A DNA stretch of 13,150 bases from a bacterium (GCA_050125095.1 JASFEA010000088.1:1-13150); one strand, 5' to 3'. Shown: positions 1 to 8,935, counted from the stretch's first letter. Numbers and translations: made by a program. The notes: generated by a model from the letters alone, not told the origin.

Positions 1-1
1 A

Positions 2-499
2 GTCAACCTCTTTCTTTCCTCCACCATGGGCTTCGGAGAGAACTACGTCGTCGGCGAAGAGGTGGTGGTGAGGGTCGCGCGCCACGAGGGCGAGGCGCAG
101 CTCGACGGGCCGACGGGCACCTCCCTGGTGTTTCCCCAGCTCGTCGGCCACGGGCAGGGCCACAGGATAGACCCGCCCCCCTTTCCCGGCGTATACTTCT
201 TAAAGAGCGCGGACGAGACGCTTTCGGTATTCGCCGTGAACGTGGACGCGGCCGAAAGCGACCTTTATAAGATAGGCGAAGGCGACATGGGCGCTGACAT
301 CGCGGGCATGGACGTAAGGCGGATCCGGGGCGCCGAGGACCTGGGCGAGTCGATCTCGGTCCTGAGAAGGGGCCGCGAACTGTCTCACACCTTCATCTGG
401 CTGGCCCTGTTGCTGCTGCTTGCAGAGACCGTAATAGCCTCGGACCTCTTGACCAGATTCAGGGGGGCGGACAACAACGATGCTTTCGAGCATCTCTGA
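2..499 (+). CDS. C-terminal part of a membrane-anchored protein, probably BatA/vWA-domain family (5' truncated by window edge)
   Basis: The frame is open from position 2 (VNLFLSSTMGF...), so ATG 26 is probably internal. The C-terminus has the pattern PGVYFL...FAVNVDAAESDL...GRELSHTFIWLALLLLLAETVIA (an 'AVN..ESDL' motif, then a TM helix ending in E), typical of BatA/vWA-domain protein C-termini. Overlaps the mfd start by 20 nt. The family call rests on the C-terminal pattern only. Confidence 0.6.
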   Translation, partial: VNLFLSSTMGFGENYVVGEEVVVRVARHEGEAQLDGPTGTSLVFPQLVGHGQGHRIDPPPFPGVYFLKSADETLSVFAVNVDAAESDLYKIGEGDMGADIAGMDVRRIRGAEDLGESISVLRRGRELSHTFIWLALLLLLAETVIASDLLTRFRGADNNDAFEHL

Positions 500-3400
500 A
501 AGGCTGAGGCACAGCCAGTCCCTGAGCCAGGTGCTATATGACCTCGCCGGGGGGAAGGTCCCGGCCCGGGTGGGCGGGCTTACGGGTTCGATGCGCTCGA
601 TGCTCGCCGCGCTTCTCTACCGCGAGGTCGGGCGCACGGTCGTGGTGATCTGCCCGGCCGAGGCGGAGAAGATAAAGGAAGACCTCGAGAGCATACTCGG
701 CGAAGATGAAGTCCTCTATTTTCCCGACTGGGAGATCCTCCCATATGACGAGTTCTCGCCGCATGAGGAAATAGTCGGGACCCGCCTCAAGACGCTGTCG
801 GATCTCTTGGGGGGCAGGCGGGGCGTGGTGGTCGTCCCGGTTCGGGCCTTCGTCCGCAACATAATCCCGCCGGCGGACTTAAGGGCCGCGACGGTCGATG
901 TCGCGGTCGGGGACGCCATAAAGCCCGACGCGCTTATATCGCACCTCATCGCCACCGGCTATACGCGCGAGCAGGTCGTGGAAGAAGTCGGCACGTTCAG
1001 CATGCGCGGCGGCATACTGGACGTCTACTGCCAGGGCGCGGAGTACCCGGTGCGCATCGAGTTCTTCGGTGACGAAATCGATTCCATCCGTGAGTTCGAT
1101 CCGGTTAGCCAGCGCTCGACGCAGAGGGTCGAATCGGTGAGCCTGCTTCCATCAAGGGAAGTCATACTTGGCGACGACGCAACCGGCCGGTTCATGGCCA
1201 GCTTCAGCCGCGGCGACCTCAAGAAGCGCAAGATGGAGGATGTCGTGATGCACGTCAAGGAGCGCTTCTTCTTCGACGGCATCGAGGCATACGCACCCCA
1301 TTTCTATTCGGGGGCCGTCACGCTCGAGACCTACCTTCCCCGCGACGCGTTCTATGTGCTCCTGGATCCCGACACGCTTGCGGAGAAGGCCGGCGCCTTC
1401 TTCCAGGAGGCCGAGACGATTTATGAGGAAAGATCCAGGAAGGAGGCCTTCCCGGTTCCGCAAAGCGTGTTTCTCGAATGGGCTCAGATAGAGGAGTTCA
1501 TGAAGACGCGCGCGACTGTGAGCGTATCGCCCCTCAGGAGCAGGGAGGACGATTACAGCCTGGACGTGAGGAGCCCCGACCCCTTCGCCGGAAGCTTGAG
1601 GATATTGAGAGAGGCCCTCGTCGAAGCGGCCGGGCGCGGCTACGAGACCTTTATTCTGTGCGACAACATCGGCCAGGCCGAACGCCTTGAGGAAATCGTG
1701 CCGGGAGAGGATGCCCGCGTCACCATCGCCGTCGGCCTGTTGAGCCAGGGCTTCGTTTTTCCCGATGCCAATCTACAGGTTCTCACCGACCATGAGATAT
1801 TCGGACGCTACCGCCGCCGGCCCCGCTACCCGCGCTTCAAGGGAGAGGGCCCCGTGGAGAGCTACAGGGCGCTCAACCAGGGCGACTTCGTCGTGCACAT
1901 CGACCACGGCATAGGCCGTTACAGCGGCGTGGAGAGGCTGACGCTGGAGGGCCGCGAGACCGAGTGCCTTCTTATCAACTACCAGGGCGGCGACAGGCTT
2001 TACGTGCCCATCGAGCAACTCGACCTACTGCAGAAGTACATAGGCAAGGACAGCGAGCCGCCCAGCCTGAGCAAGCTCGGCGGGGCGAGCTGGGAGAGGG
2101 TCAAGGCGCGCACCAAGAAGGCCATCAAACAGATGGCCGAGGAACTCATCAAGCTCTACGCCCTCCGCCAGGCGAGGCCGGGGTTCGCGTTCAGCCCGGA
2201 TTCGCGCTGGCAGCGCGAGCTCGAGGCGTCCTTTATCTATGACGACACCCCCGACCAGCTGCGCACCACGCATGAGATAAAGAGCGACATGGAGGCCGAT
2301 AAGCCCATGGACCGGCTCATATGCGGCGACGTGGGCTACGGCAAGACCGAAGTGGCCGTGAGGGCCGCCTTCAAGGCGGTGCAGGACGGCAAGCAGGTGG
2401 CGCTGCTCGTTCCGACCACGGTGCTCGCGCAGCAGCACTTCCACACCTTCCGCGAGCGACTCGCCGAGTACCCGGTGAAGGTGGAGATGCTGAGCAGGTT
2501 CCGCACCCGCAGGGAGCAGAAGGGCGTCGTGGAGGAGCTCGGGACGGGCCAGGTGGACATAGTGATCGGCACTCACCGGCTGCTTCAGAAAGACATCGAG
2601 TTCAGCGATCTCGGCCTTGTCATAATCGACGAGGAGCAGCGCTTCGGCGTGGCGCATAAGGAGAAGTTCAAACACCTGCGCGCCACCGTTGACGTTCTCA
2701 CGCTTACGGCGACGCCGATACCCCGCACGCTTCACATGGCGCTGATGGGCGCCAGGGATATGTCGATTATCGACACGCCGCCGCGGGGGAGGCTGCCTGT
2801 TGACACGGAGCTCGTCAAGTTCGATGAGGAAGTGGTCATAAGCGCCATACTGAGAGAGCTCGATAGGGGCGGCCAGGTCTTCTTCGTTCACAATCGCGTT
2901 GAGACCATCGATACGATTGCCGCCCATCTCATAGGGCTCCTTCCCAACGTCAGGTTCGCGATCGCCCATGGCCAGATGAAGGAGCGCGATCTCGAGAAGG
3001 TTATGCTCGATTTCATAGACCGCGAGTTCGACGTACTCGTATCGACCATGATCGTCGAATCGGGACTCGACATACCCAACGTGAATACCATCATCGTGAA
3101 CCGCGCCGAATCGCTGGGGCTTGCGCAGCTCTACCAGCTCAGGGGACGCGTCGGCAGGTCCAAACACAGGGCGTACGCGTACTTCCTTGTTCCCAAGAAA
3201 CGCCGCCTTACCGACGTTCAGAGGAAGCGCCTGCGCGCTCTTACCGAGTTTACGGAGCTGGGCTCGGGGCTCAAGGTCGCCATGCGCGATCTCGAGATAA
3301 GGGGATGCGGCAACATACTCGGCCCCGAGCAGAGCGGTTACGTCGCCGAAGTCGGCTTCGACTTGTACGTGAAGCTTCTGGAGGAGGCGGTTAAGGAGCT

Positions 3401-3863
3401 CAGGGGGGAACCGGTTCAGGCGAGGATCTCGACCAGGATCGAGACCGACATACCCGCCTTCATACCCGAGACTTACGTGGAGGATGAGAAGCAGCGGGTC
3501 ATATTCTACAAAAAGCTCGTCGAGGCGAGGACTCTGGAAGAGGTGGCAGAGCTCGAGAGCGAGCTCGTAGACAGGTTCGGGCGGGTCCCCAGAGAGGGGC
3601 GGAACCTCCTGGAGTTCCAGAGGCTCAGGATACTCGGCGCTGACGCCGGGGTCGAGCGCGTCTCGGTGAAGTCGTCCGGGATATTCCTGGAGGCAGGCAG
3701 GGACGCCGACCTGTCCGTGTCGAAAATAGAGAACATCGTGAGGGCGGGGATTGACGTCGAGCTCTTCTCTGGCGAGAGGGCCGGAATCGGCGTGAAAGGA
3801 GTCCCCGAAGCGGCGCGGGAGCGCCTCGAGGTGTCCAGAAAGGTATTGAACGCGCTCATTTGA
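480..3863 (+). CDS. mfd: Transcription-repair coupling factor Mfd (1127 aa)
   Basis: UvrB-homology N-terminus ([40 protein letters not shown]), RID/CarD-like domain ([14 protein letters not shown]), SF2 motifs [35 protein letters not shown] motif ([15 protein letters not shown]) and C-terminal TRCF domain (ELVDRFG). Confidence 0.99.
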   Translation: MLSSISERLRHSQSLSQVLYDLAGGKVPARVGGLTGSMRSMLAALLYREVGRTVVVICPAEAEKIKEDLESILGEDEVLYFPDWEILPYDEFSPHEEIVGTRLKTLSDLLGGRRGVVVVPVRAFVRNIIPPADLRAATVDVAVGDAIKPDALISHLIATGYTREQVVEEVGTFSMRGGILDVYCQGAEYPVRIEFFGDEIDSIREFDPVSQRSTQRVESVSLLPSREVILGDDATGRFMASFSRGDLKKRKMEDVVMHVKERFFFDGIEAYAPHFYSGAVTLETYLPRDAFYVLLDPDTLAEKAGAFFQEAETIYEERSRKEAFPVPQSVFLEWAQIEEFMKTRATVSVSPLRSREDDYSLDVRSPDPFAGSLRILREALVEAAGRGYETFILCDNIGQAERLEEIVPGEDARVTIAVGLLSQGFVFPDANLQVLTDHEIFGRYRRRPRYPRFKGEGPVESYRALNQGDFVVHIDHGIGRYSGVERLTLEGRETECLLINYQGGDRLYVPIEQLDLLQKYIGKDSEPPSLSKLGGASWERVKARTKKAIKQMAEELIKLYALRQARPGFAFSPDSRWQRELEASFIYDDTPDQLRTTHEIKSDMEADKPMDRLICGDVGYGKTEVAVRAAFKAVQDGKQVALLVPTTVLAQQHFHTFRERLAEYPVKVEMLSRFRTRREQKGVVEELGTGQVDIVIGTHRLLQKDIEFSDLGLVIIDEEQRFGVAHKEKFKHLRATVDVLTLTATPIPRTLHMALMGARDMSIIDTPPRGRLPVDTELVKFDEEVVISAILRELDRGGQVFFVHNRVETIDTIAAHLIGLLPNVRFAIAHGQMKERDLEKVMLDFIDREFDVLVSTMIVESGLDIPNVNTIIVNRAESLGLAQLYQLRGRVGRSKHRAYAYFLVPKKRRLTDVQRKRLRALTEFTELGSGLKVAMRDLEIRGCGNILGPEQSGYVAEVGFDLYVKLLEEAVKELRGEPVQARISTRIETDIPAFIPETYVEDEKQRVIFYKKLVEARTLEEVAELESELVDRFGRVPREGRNLLEFQRLRILGADAGVERVSVKSSGIFLEAGRDADLSVSKIENIVRAGIDVELFSGERAGIGVKGVPEAARERLEVSRKVLNALI

Positions 3864-3875
3864 TTGTGATATTTT
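3846..3875 (+). promoter_or_regulatory. Candidate sigma70-type promoter for the foldase genes
   Basis: TTGAAC (3846-3851), 18-nt spacer, TATTTT (3870-3875) preceded by TG at 3867-3868 (extended -10). It lies in an AT-rich patch spanning the mfd stop and the largest intergenic gap (37 nt). Pattern match only. Confidence 0.35.
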
Positions 3876-3885
3876 CCGGCAGGGG

Positions 3886-3892
3886 AAAGGAG
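3886..3892 (+). promoter_or_regulatory. Shine-Dalgarno sequence for the 3901 gene
   Basis: AAAGGAG ending 8 nt before ATG 3901. Confidence 0.8.
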
Positions 3893-3900
3893 TATAAGAC

Positions 3901-5595
3901 ATGAAATCAAGGCTCGTATTGCTTTGTTTTGCTTGCTTAGCGGCCCTTCTGGCGTCCTGCACGTCAACCGATGACCGGGTGGTGGCACAGGTCGGCGATT
4001 ATGAAGTGACCGTCGGCAAGATAAAGGCGGAGTATCTGGCCATATCCGAGCATGCCCGCCCGCCGCTGGCCTCTCTGGATGAGAAGAGCGCCTTCGCCAA
4101 AGACGTGGTGGCCAAGGAGGTCATTCGCATAGAGGCCGAGAGGGCCGGGTTCGGCGACATGCCGGAGGCGATTGAGGCCCGGGAGGCCATGTTGCAGAAC
4201 AAGGCATGGCAGACCTTCTATGAGGAACAGATAAAGGGCAAGATCAGTATAACCGAGGAGGAGATGCGCGCCCTTTACGATAAGCAGAAAATCGCCTATC
4301 ACCTGGCGTGGATATTCACGAGGTCGCGGGCCACGGCGCAGGCCGCCCTCGATATGATCAGGTCGGGCAAGACCCTGGGAGAGGCGGCCATGGTGTACTC
4401 GATAGACCCTTCCCGGTCGCGCGACGGCGATATCGGCTTCAGGCCGCTTGGCACGATGCCCGCCAACGTGGAGGAAGCCATCGAGGCTCTGGAGCCTGGC
4501 GAGATCAGCGACGTTATTCCCTATGACGGATACTATGCGGTTATAAGGCTGATAGAGACGCGGGAGCGCGAGCAAACCGATTTCGAGAGCTCCAGGATCG
4601 GCCTCGAATCCATGTTGATGACGAAGAAAATCACCGACCGGCAGAAAGAGCTGGCCGCACAATATCTTGAAAAATACAAGGCTACGTATAATGAAGACGT
4701 CATAGAGCTTGTCGCCGCGCGCACGCGCGAAGCCAACCGCGACATCGGCGGCGAGCCCGGCCGGCTGCCCGAATTCTCTGAAGACGAACTCGGCCTGGTT
4801 CTGGCTTCGCATGCCGGCGACCAGTGGACAGTCGGCAGGTACATGGAGCGCATAGCCACGGTGAGGGACTTCGGGCGCCCGTCCTACGGCGCCGACGCCG
4901 AGGTAATAAAGTCCGTCATGCGCGATTACATGACAGGCGAGTTCTGGATACTCGAGGCGCTCGATATGGGGTATGGCGAAAGGGAAGACGTCGTCGCCGC
5001 GGCGGACCGGGAATATGAGATGGTAATGGTCACGGCCTTCCATGACGACCTGGTAAAGGACGTCGTGGTGGACGACGCCGCGTTCCAGTCGTTTTACGAC
5101 GAATACAGGGAGCAGCTCAAGACCGAGCCCATCTATAACCTCGCGATCATCGTGGTCGAGACCAGGGGCGAGGCGGAGGAGATCTACGAGGAGCTCCTGG
5201 GCGGCGCGGACTTCGCCTCGCTGGCAAGGACGAGGTCCATAGATCCCAATACCGCACCCTCCGGGGGCAAGATAAGGGAGACTTTCACAAGCACGGCCCT
5301 GCAGCAGTTCCCCGACGTGCACGACGTCGTCTACGAAATGGAGGAGGGCGAGATTTCGAAGCCCCTCTTGCTTCCTCCCGCGTGGGGGCCGGAGGGCTTC
5401 ATGGTGATCAAACTCCTCATGAAGGAAGAGCCCAGGCCGCTCACCCTGGACGAGGTCAAGACCATGCTGGGGCCCCGCGTGCTCGCCCTGGAACAGGACA
5501 AGGTGTTCAGCATGTGGTTGTCGGAGAAGATGGAGGAGCTGGATGTGTCGGTCAACCCTGATGTCCTGTCCTCCATAGACTTCTCGACGCTTTAA
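3901..5595 (+). CDS. Lipoprotein foldase, PpiC/parvulin-type peptidyl-prolyl isomerase family with two rotamase domains (PrsA/SurA-like, 564 aa)
   Basis: Signal peptide II with lipobox LLAS-C20; SurA_N/PrsA-like start (VVAQVGDYEVT); two parvulin-like domains (AAMVYSIDPSRSRDGDIGF...LEPGEISDVI...YAVIRL and FASLARTRSIDPNTAPSGGKI...MEEGEISKP...GFMVIKL); strong SD. Confidence 0.88.
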   Translation: MKSRLVLLCFACLAALLASCTSTDDRVVAQVGDYEVTVGKIKAEYLAISEHARPPLASLDEKSAFAKDVVAKEVIRIEAERAGFGDMPEAIEAREAMLQNKAWQTFYEEQIKGKISITEEEMRALYDKQKIAYHLAWIFTRSRATAQAALDMIRSGKTLGEAAMVYSIDPSRSRDGDIGFRPLGTMPANVEEAIEALEPGEISDVIPYDGYYAVIRLIETREREQTDFESSRIGLESMLMTKKITDRQKELAAQYLEKYKATYNEDVIELVAARTREANRDIGGEPGRLPEFSEDELGLVLASHAGDQWTVGRYMERIATVRDFGRPSYGADAEVIKSVMRDYMTGEFWILEALDMGYGEREDVVAAADREYEMVMVTAFHDDLVKDVVVDDAAFQSFYDEYREQLKTEPIYNLAIIVVETRGEAEEIYEELLGGADFASLARTRSIDPNTAPSGGKIRETFTSTALQQFPDVHDVVYEMEEGEISKPLLLPPAWGPEGFMVIKLLMKEEPRPLTLDEVKTMLGPRVLALEQDKVFSMWLSEKMEELDVSVNPDVLSSIDFSTL

Positions 5596-5605
5596 GAGAA
5601 GCAAC

Positions 5606-6916
5606 ATGAAACGTCAAATTGGCTCATTGCCGTTGCTCCTCCTGCTCTTTATGGCGGGGCTTGCCGCTGCCGCCGCGGCGGCGGAGCCCGTCGACCATAT
5701 CCTCGCGGTTGTGGAAAAGAAGCCCATATTCGCGAGCGATATTGAAGGGGCCGTCGCCGAGGAGCTCTATCTCCGCCGGATGAGAGGACAGCCCATGCCG
5801 TCGTCGGAAGCCGATCTCGAAGTGCTTCGCGCCGAGCTTCTCGACGCCATGATAGACAGGCAGATAGTGCTGGAAAAGGCCCGCAAGGAGGGCATTGAAG
5901 TCACGCGTCCGGAAGTCGAGGAGGCGCTCAATAGCTGGGTAGTCGACCTCATGCAGTCCTCCGGTTCCGAGCAGGCGTTCATGGCGGAGCTTGAGCGGCA
6001 GGGGATGACCCTGCGCGGACTCAAAGACCGCTATCGCAAGGACCTCAGGGAGCAGCTTGTGATCTCCAAGTTCATGAGAACGGCCTTCACTTCGGCCAGC
6101 GTGGACGAAGCAGAAGTGAAGGAGTTTTATGAGGCGAAATACGATTCGCTTCCCGAAATCCCGGCCGTGGTCGGCATCTCCCATATTCTCATAGTGCCCA
6201 GGCCCTCGCCCGATAAAGAGGCGGCGGTGCTCGCGGAGGTCAGCCGGGCGCTTGACCGCCTGGAGGGCGGCGAGCCGTTCGAGAATGTCGCCCAGGATAT
6301 GACCGAGGACAACCTGACCAGGGATTCGGGGGGCTTCCTCGGAACGGTGAGCCGGGAGGACCTTGGCCCCGAGATCGCCGAGGCCGTGATGAGCGTGGAA
6401 CCCGGGGAGATATCGCAGCCGACTCGCACGAGGTACGGTTTCGAGATCCTGAAGGTGGAAGATGAGAGTGACGGGATGCTCACCCTGAGGCATATCTTCT
6501 TTAAACTGCTGACGACGGCGGCCGACACCGCGGCGGCGTCCGATCTGGCGCTCGAGATCCGCGAGCGAGCCGTGTCGGGCGAGAGCTTCGAGGATCTTGC
6601 ACGGGAGTACAGCGATGACGACCAGACGGCGGAAGCCGGCGGCTATGTGGGAGAGGTGGACATAGGTTCCCTGGGGGAGCCGCATGCTTCGGTGGTGGGA
6701 AGGATGAGCCCCGGCGAGGTGTCTCCCGTGCTTCCGACGGACTATGGATTCCAGATAATAAAGATGGTTACGCGCGCCGAGACGCGGAAGGCCACATACG
6801 AAGACTCCAAGGAGTATATAAGAAACCTGCTCGAGAGCAGGGCTCGCGAGCGCCAGTTCCAGGAATGGCTGGGGGTGACGCGCGAGGAGATATTCGTAAG
6901 GCGCTATGCGAATTGA
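5606..6916 (+). CDS. surA: SurA-like periplasmic chaperone / peptidyl-prolyl isomerase (436 aa)
   Basis: Sec signal peptide (Ala-rich cleavage region), SurA N-domain (VDHILAVVEKKPIFASDI...LLDAMIDRQIV), two parvulin domains (ISHILI...FENVAQ...GGFLG...PGEISQPTRTRYGFEILKV; LRHIFF...FEDLAREYSDD...GGYVG...GEVSPVLPTDYGFQIIK) and C-terminal helix (FQEWL...REEIFV). Located between mfd and pdxA, a known surA context. Confidence 0.85.
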   Translation: MKRQIGSLPLLLLLFMAGLAAAAAAAEPVDHILAVVEKKPIFASDIEGAVAEELYLRRMRGQPMPSSEADLEVLRAELLDAMIDRQIVLEKARKEGIEVTRPEVEEALNSWVVDLMQSSGSEQAFMAELERQGMTLRGLKDRYRKDLREQLVISKFMRTAFTSASVDEAEVKEFYEAKYDSLPEIPAVVGISHILIVPRPSPDKEAAVLAEVSRALDRLEGGEPFENVAQDMTEDNLTRDSGGFLGTVSREDLGPEIAEAVMSVEPGEISQPTRTRYGFEILKVEDESDGMLTLRHIFFKLLTTAADTAAASDLALEIRERAVSGESFEDLAREYSDDDQTAEAGGYVGEVDIGSLGEPHASVVGRMSPGEVSPVLPTDYGFQIIKMVTRAETRKATYEDSKEYIRNLLESRARERQFQEWLGVTREEIFVRRYAN

Positions 6917-6928
6917 GAGAAGTGCGCA

Positions 6929-7198
6929 TTGAGACTTGACGTTTTTCTTAAACGCGTAGGTCTCTGCAAGCAGCGCACGCTGGCTAAGGAGTTGTGCGAC
7001 AGGGGCAGGGTGAGGATGGACGGCGGAGTAGCCAGGGCCGGGAAGGAAGTAATGAGGGGCAGGAATCTGGAGATTGAGTTCAAACACGAGACTCTGAAGA
7101 TAGAAGTTACCGGCCTCCCCCAGAGGAACTACAGGAGACAGGAGGGTGAGGCCTTCTATGATGTGTTAGAGAGAGTCGAGATCGACCCCTTTTCCTGA
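6929..7198 (+). CDS. Small S4-domain RNA-binding protein, RqcP/YabO (Hsp15 superfamily) type (89 aa)
   Basis: TTG start. MRLDVFLKRVGLCKQRTLAKELCDRGRV...KEV fits the S4 signature MRLDxFL...KxRTLAKE..D.GRV of YabO/RqcP. Short length, with no Hsp15-type C-terminal RPxKK extension. Confidence 0.88.
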   Translation: MRLDVFLKRVGLCKQRTLAKELCDRGRVRMDGGVARAGKEVMRGRNLEIEFKHETLKIEVTGLPQRNYRRQEGEAFYDVLERVEIDPFS

Positions 7199-7226
7199 CC
7201 GCGCCCGGGCCCGCCTGGATTCCACT

Positions 7227-8261
7227 GTGAGAAAGTCCTCAAAACCGGAAATCGCGATAACGATGGGGGACCCCGGGGGCATCGGGCCCGAAATCGCCCT
7301 CAGGGCCGCCGCGTCTCATGCGATACGGCGCATCTCTGCGCCGGTTGTGGTGGGCGACATAGATTATCTGGACGCGCTGGCGGGTGAGCTGGGCTTCGAG
7401 GTTGTGCCGGATTGCGGCATCCGGCCGCGTGGGGGAGGGGGCACGGGGGGCCGGCCCGAGATCCGCGTGGCCGACAGCGGCGGCATCGCCCGTAAGGTGG
7501 CACTGGGAAAACCTTCGTTGCAGGGCGGCCGGGCGGCCGGCGGGGCCATAGAGAGGGCCGTCGAGCTGGCGCTTTCAGGAGCCGCCCATGGCATCGTGAC
7601 GGCGCCGGTTTCCAAGGAGTCACTGGCGCTGGCGGGCTACGGCATGATAGGCCATACCGAGTTGCTCGCGGGGCTCACGGGGACGAGGCTCTATGCCATG
7701 ATGCTGGCTCGAAAGGGGCTCAGGGTGATATTCGCCACCACGCATGTACCCATATCCGGGGTCGCCCGCCGGCTCAAAAGGAAAGACCTGGTGGACAAGT
7801 TCTCCCTGGGTAGCCGGTACCTCAAGATCTACATGGGGATAAGAGAGCCCAAGATGGGAGTGTGCTGCCTCAATCCGCATTGCGGCGAAGGCGGGATGCT
7901 CAGCCGGGAGGAGAAGAAGACCATCATACCGGCTATCAAATCGGCAAGGAGAAAAGGTATAAATGTAGACGGGCCGTATCCTGCCGATTCTATATTCGGG
8001 AAGAACCTGGCGCCCGGTTTCGACGCTGTTATTGCAATGTATCACGATCAGGGTATGATTCCGCTTAAGATGGTGAGGCAGGAGGAAGTGGTGAATATAA
8101 CGCTGGGCCTGCCCATAGTGCGCACCTCGCCCGGGCACGGCACCGCGTTCGACATCGCGGGCTGCCGCACGGCCCGCCGCCGCATCGCCGACTGCCGCGG
8201 AATGGTGTCGGCGGCAAGGGAATGCGCCAGGATAGCAAAGAGGATGAAACATGCTGGTTGA
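7227..8261 (+). CDS. pdxA: 4-hydroxythreonine-4-phosphate dehydrogenase PdxA (344 aa)
   Basis: Motifs ITMGDPGGIGPEI, TAPVSK, GHTELLA, TTHVP, LNPHCGEGG, GPYPADSIF, AMYHDQG, VNITLGLPIVRTSPGHGTAFDIAG; all three metal-binding His present. The GTG start has no obvious SD, so the exact start is uncertain. Confidence 0.96.
   Translation: MRKSSKPEIAITMGDPGGIGPEIALRAAASHAIRRISAPVVVGDIDYLDALAGELGFEVVPDCGIRPRGGGGTGGRPEIRVADSGGIARKVALGKPSLQGGRAAGGAIERAVELALSGAAHGIVTAPVSKESLALAGYGMIGHTELLAGLTGTRLYAMMLARKGLRVIFATTHVPISGVARRLKRKDLVDKFSLGSRYLKIYMGIREPKMGVCCLNPHCGEGGMLSREEKKTIIPAIKSARRKGINVDGPYPADSIFGKNLAPGFDAVIAMYHDQGMIPLKMVRQEEVVNITLGLPIVRTSPGHGTAFDIAGCRTARRRIADCRGMVSAARECARIAKRMKHAG
8032..8059 (+). promoter_or_regulatory. 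Candidate internal sigma70 promoter inside pdxA upstream of ftsE
   Basis: TTGCAA (8032-8037), 16-nt spacer, TATGAT (8054-8059), in a locally AT-rich stretch about 190 nt before the ftsE ATG. Confidence 0.4.
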
Positions 8262-8934
8262 GTTCCGCAACGTGAGCAAGAACTACCCGAGCGGACTTAT
8301 GGCCGTGAAGGCAGTGGACCTCACCATAGACAGGGGCGAGTTCGTTCTTCTGGTCGGCCCGTCCGGCGCCGGCAAGACGACCATCATGAAGATGATCTAC
8401 ATGGACGAGTTCCCGTCGCACGGAGAGGTCGTCGTCGGCAGATACTCATCCAGGTCGGTAAACGACCGCAAGATCGCCATGCTCCGCCGGCAGGTTGGAG
8501 TGGTCTTCCAGGAGTTCAGGCTCCTCAGGGACCTCACGGTTTTTGAGAACATCGCGCTCCCGCTTCGCGCCGTCGGAAAACGGGAGGGCCAGATCAAGAA
8601 GAGGGTCAGCAATGTGCTGTACTCCGTGGGCCTTTCTTCGAAGCGCCACCAGTTCCCGCTCAAACTATCGGGCGGCGAACAGCAGAGGGTGGCCATAGCA
8701 AGGGCCATGGCGCTGCGCCCTCCGATTCTGCTTGCGGACGAGCCAACGGGCAACCTGGACCCGGACACCTCGGAGCAGATTTTCGAGCTCCTCCTCGACA
8801 TCAACAGGGGAGGGACGTCGGTGCTGGTGGCGACACATGAGCACGGTATGGCGGGCCGGCTGGGCAAGAGAATAATCACCCTGGTAGGCGGCAGGCTGGT
8901 GAGTGACGGGGACGGAATAGCGGGGAAGGAATAG
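8251..8934 (+). CDS. ftsE: Cell division ATP-binding protein FtsE (227 aa)
   Basis: Walker A GPSGAGKTT, Q-loop VGVVFQEFRLL, signature LSGGEQQRVAIARA, Walker B/D-loop LADEPTGNLD, H-switch ATHE; followed by ftsX; overlaps the pdxA end by 11 nt with AGAGGA upstream. Confidence 0.96.
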   Translation: MLVEFRNVSKNYPSGLMAVKAVDLTIDRGEFVLLVGPSGAGKTTIMKMIYMDEFPSHGEVVVGRYSSRSVNDRKIAMLRRQVGVVFQEFRLLRDLTVFENIALPLRAVGKREGQIKKRVSNVLYSVGLSSKRHQFPLKLSGGEQQRVAIARAMALRPPILLADEPTGNLDPDTSEQIFELLLDINRGGTSVLVATHEHGMAGRLGKRIITLVGGRLVSDGDGIAGKE

Positions 8935-8935
8935 A

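Noticed and set aside
6914..6931. surA and the S4 gene are in the same frame, separated by TGA plus 4 codons (possible readthrough fusion); envC and ricT are likewise in frame
   Set aside because: In-frame neighbours occur one time in three by chance. Fusing exported proteins to cytoplasmic RNA-related proteins is implausible, and I see no SECIS-like or readthrough signal.
2025..7087. Three long consecutive minus-strand ORFs (2025-3962, 645 aa; 3964-5607, 547 aa; 5624-7087, 487 aa) resembling an antisense operon
   Set aside because: Each is exactly in codon register with the + strand gene opposite it and ends at a rare sense CTA or TCA codon (2025 CTA, 3964 TCA, 5624 TCA). This is the expected shadow of GC-rich codon usage that avoids TTA/CTA/TCA. 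The translations show no recognisable motifs.
7199..7226. GC-rich intergenic segment with palindrome GCCCGGGC as a possible terminator or operator
   Set aside because: The stem is short with no U-tract, and such palindromes are common at this GC content.
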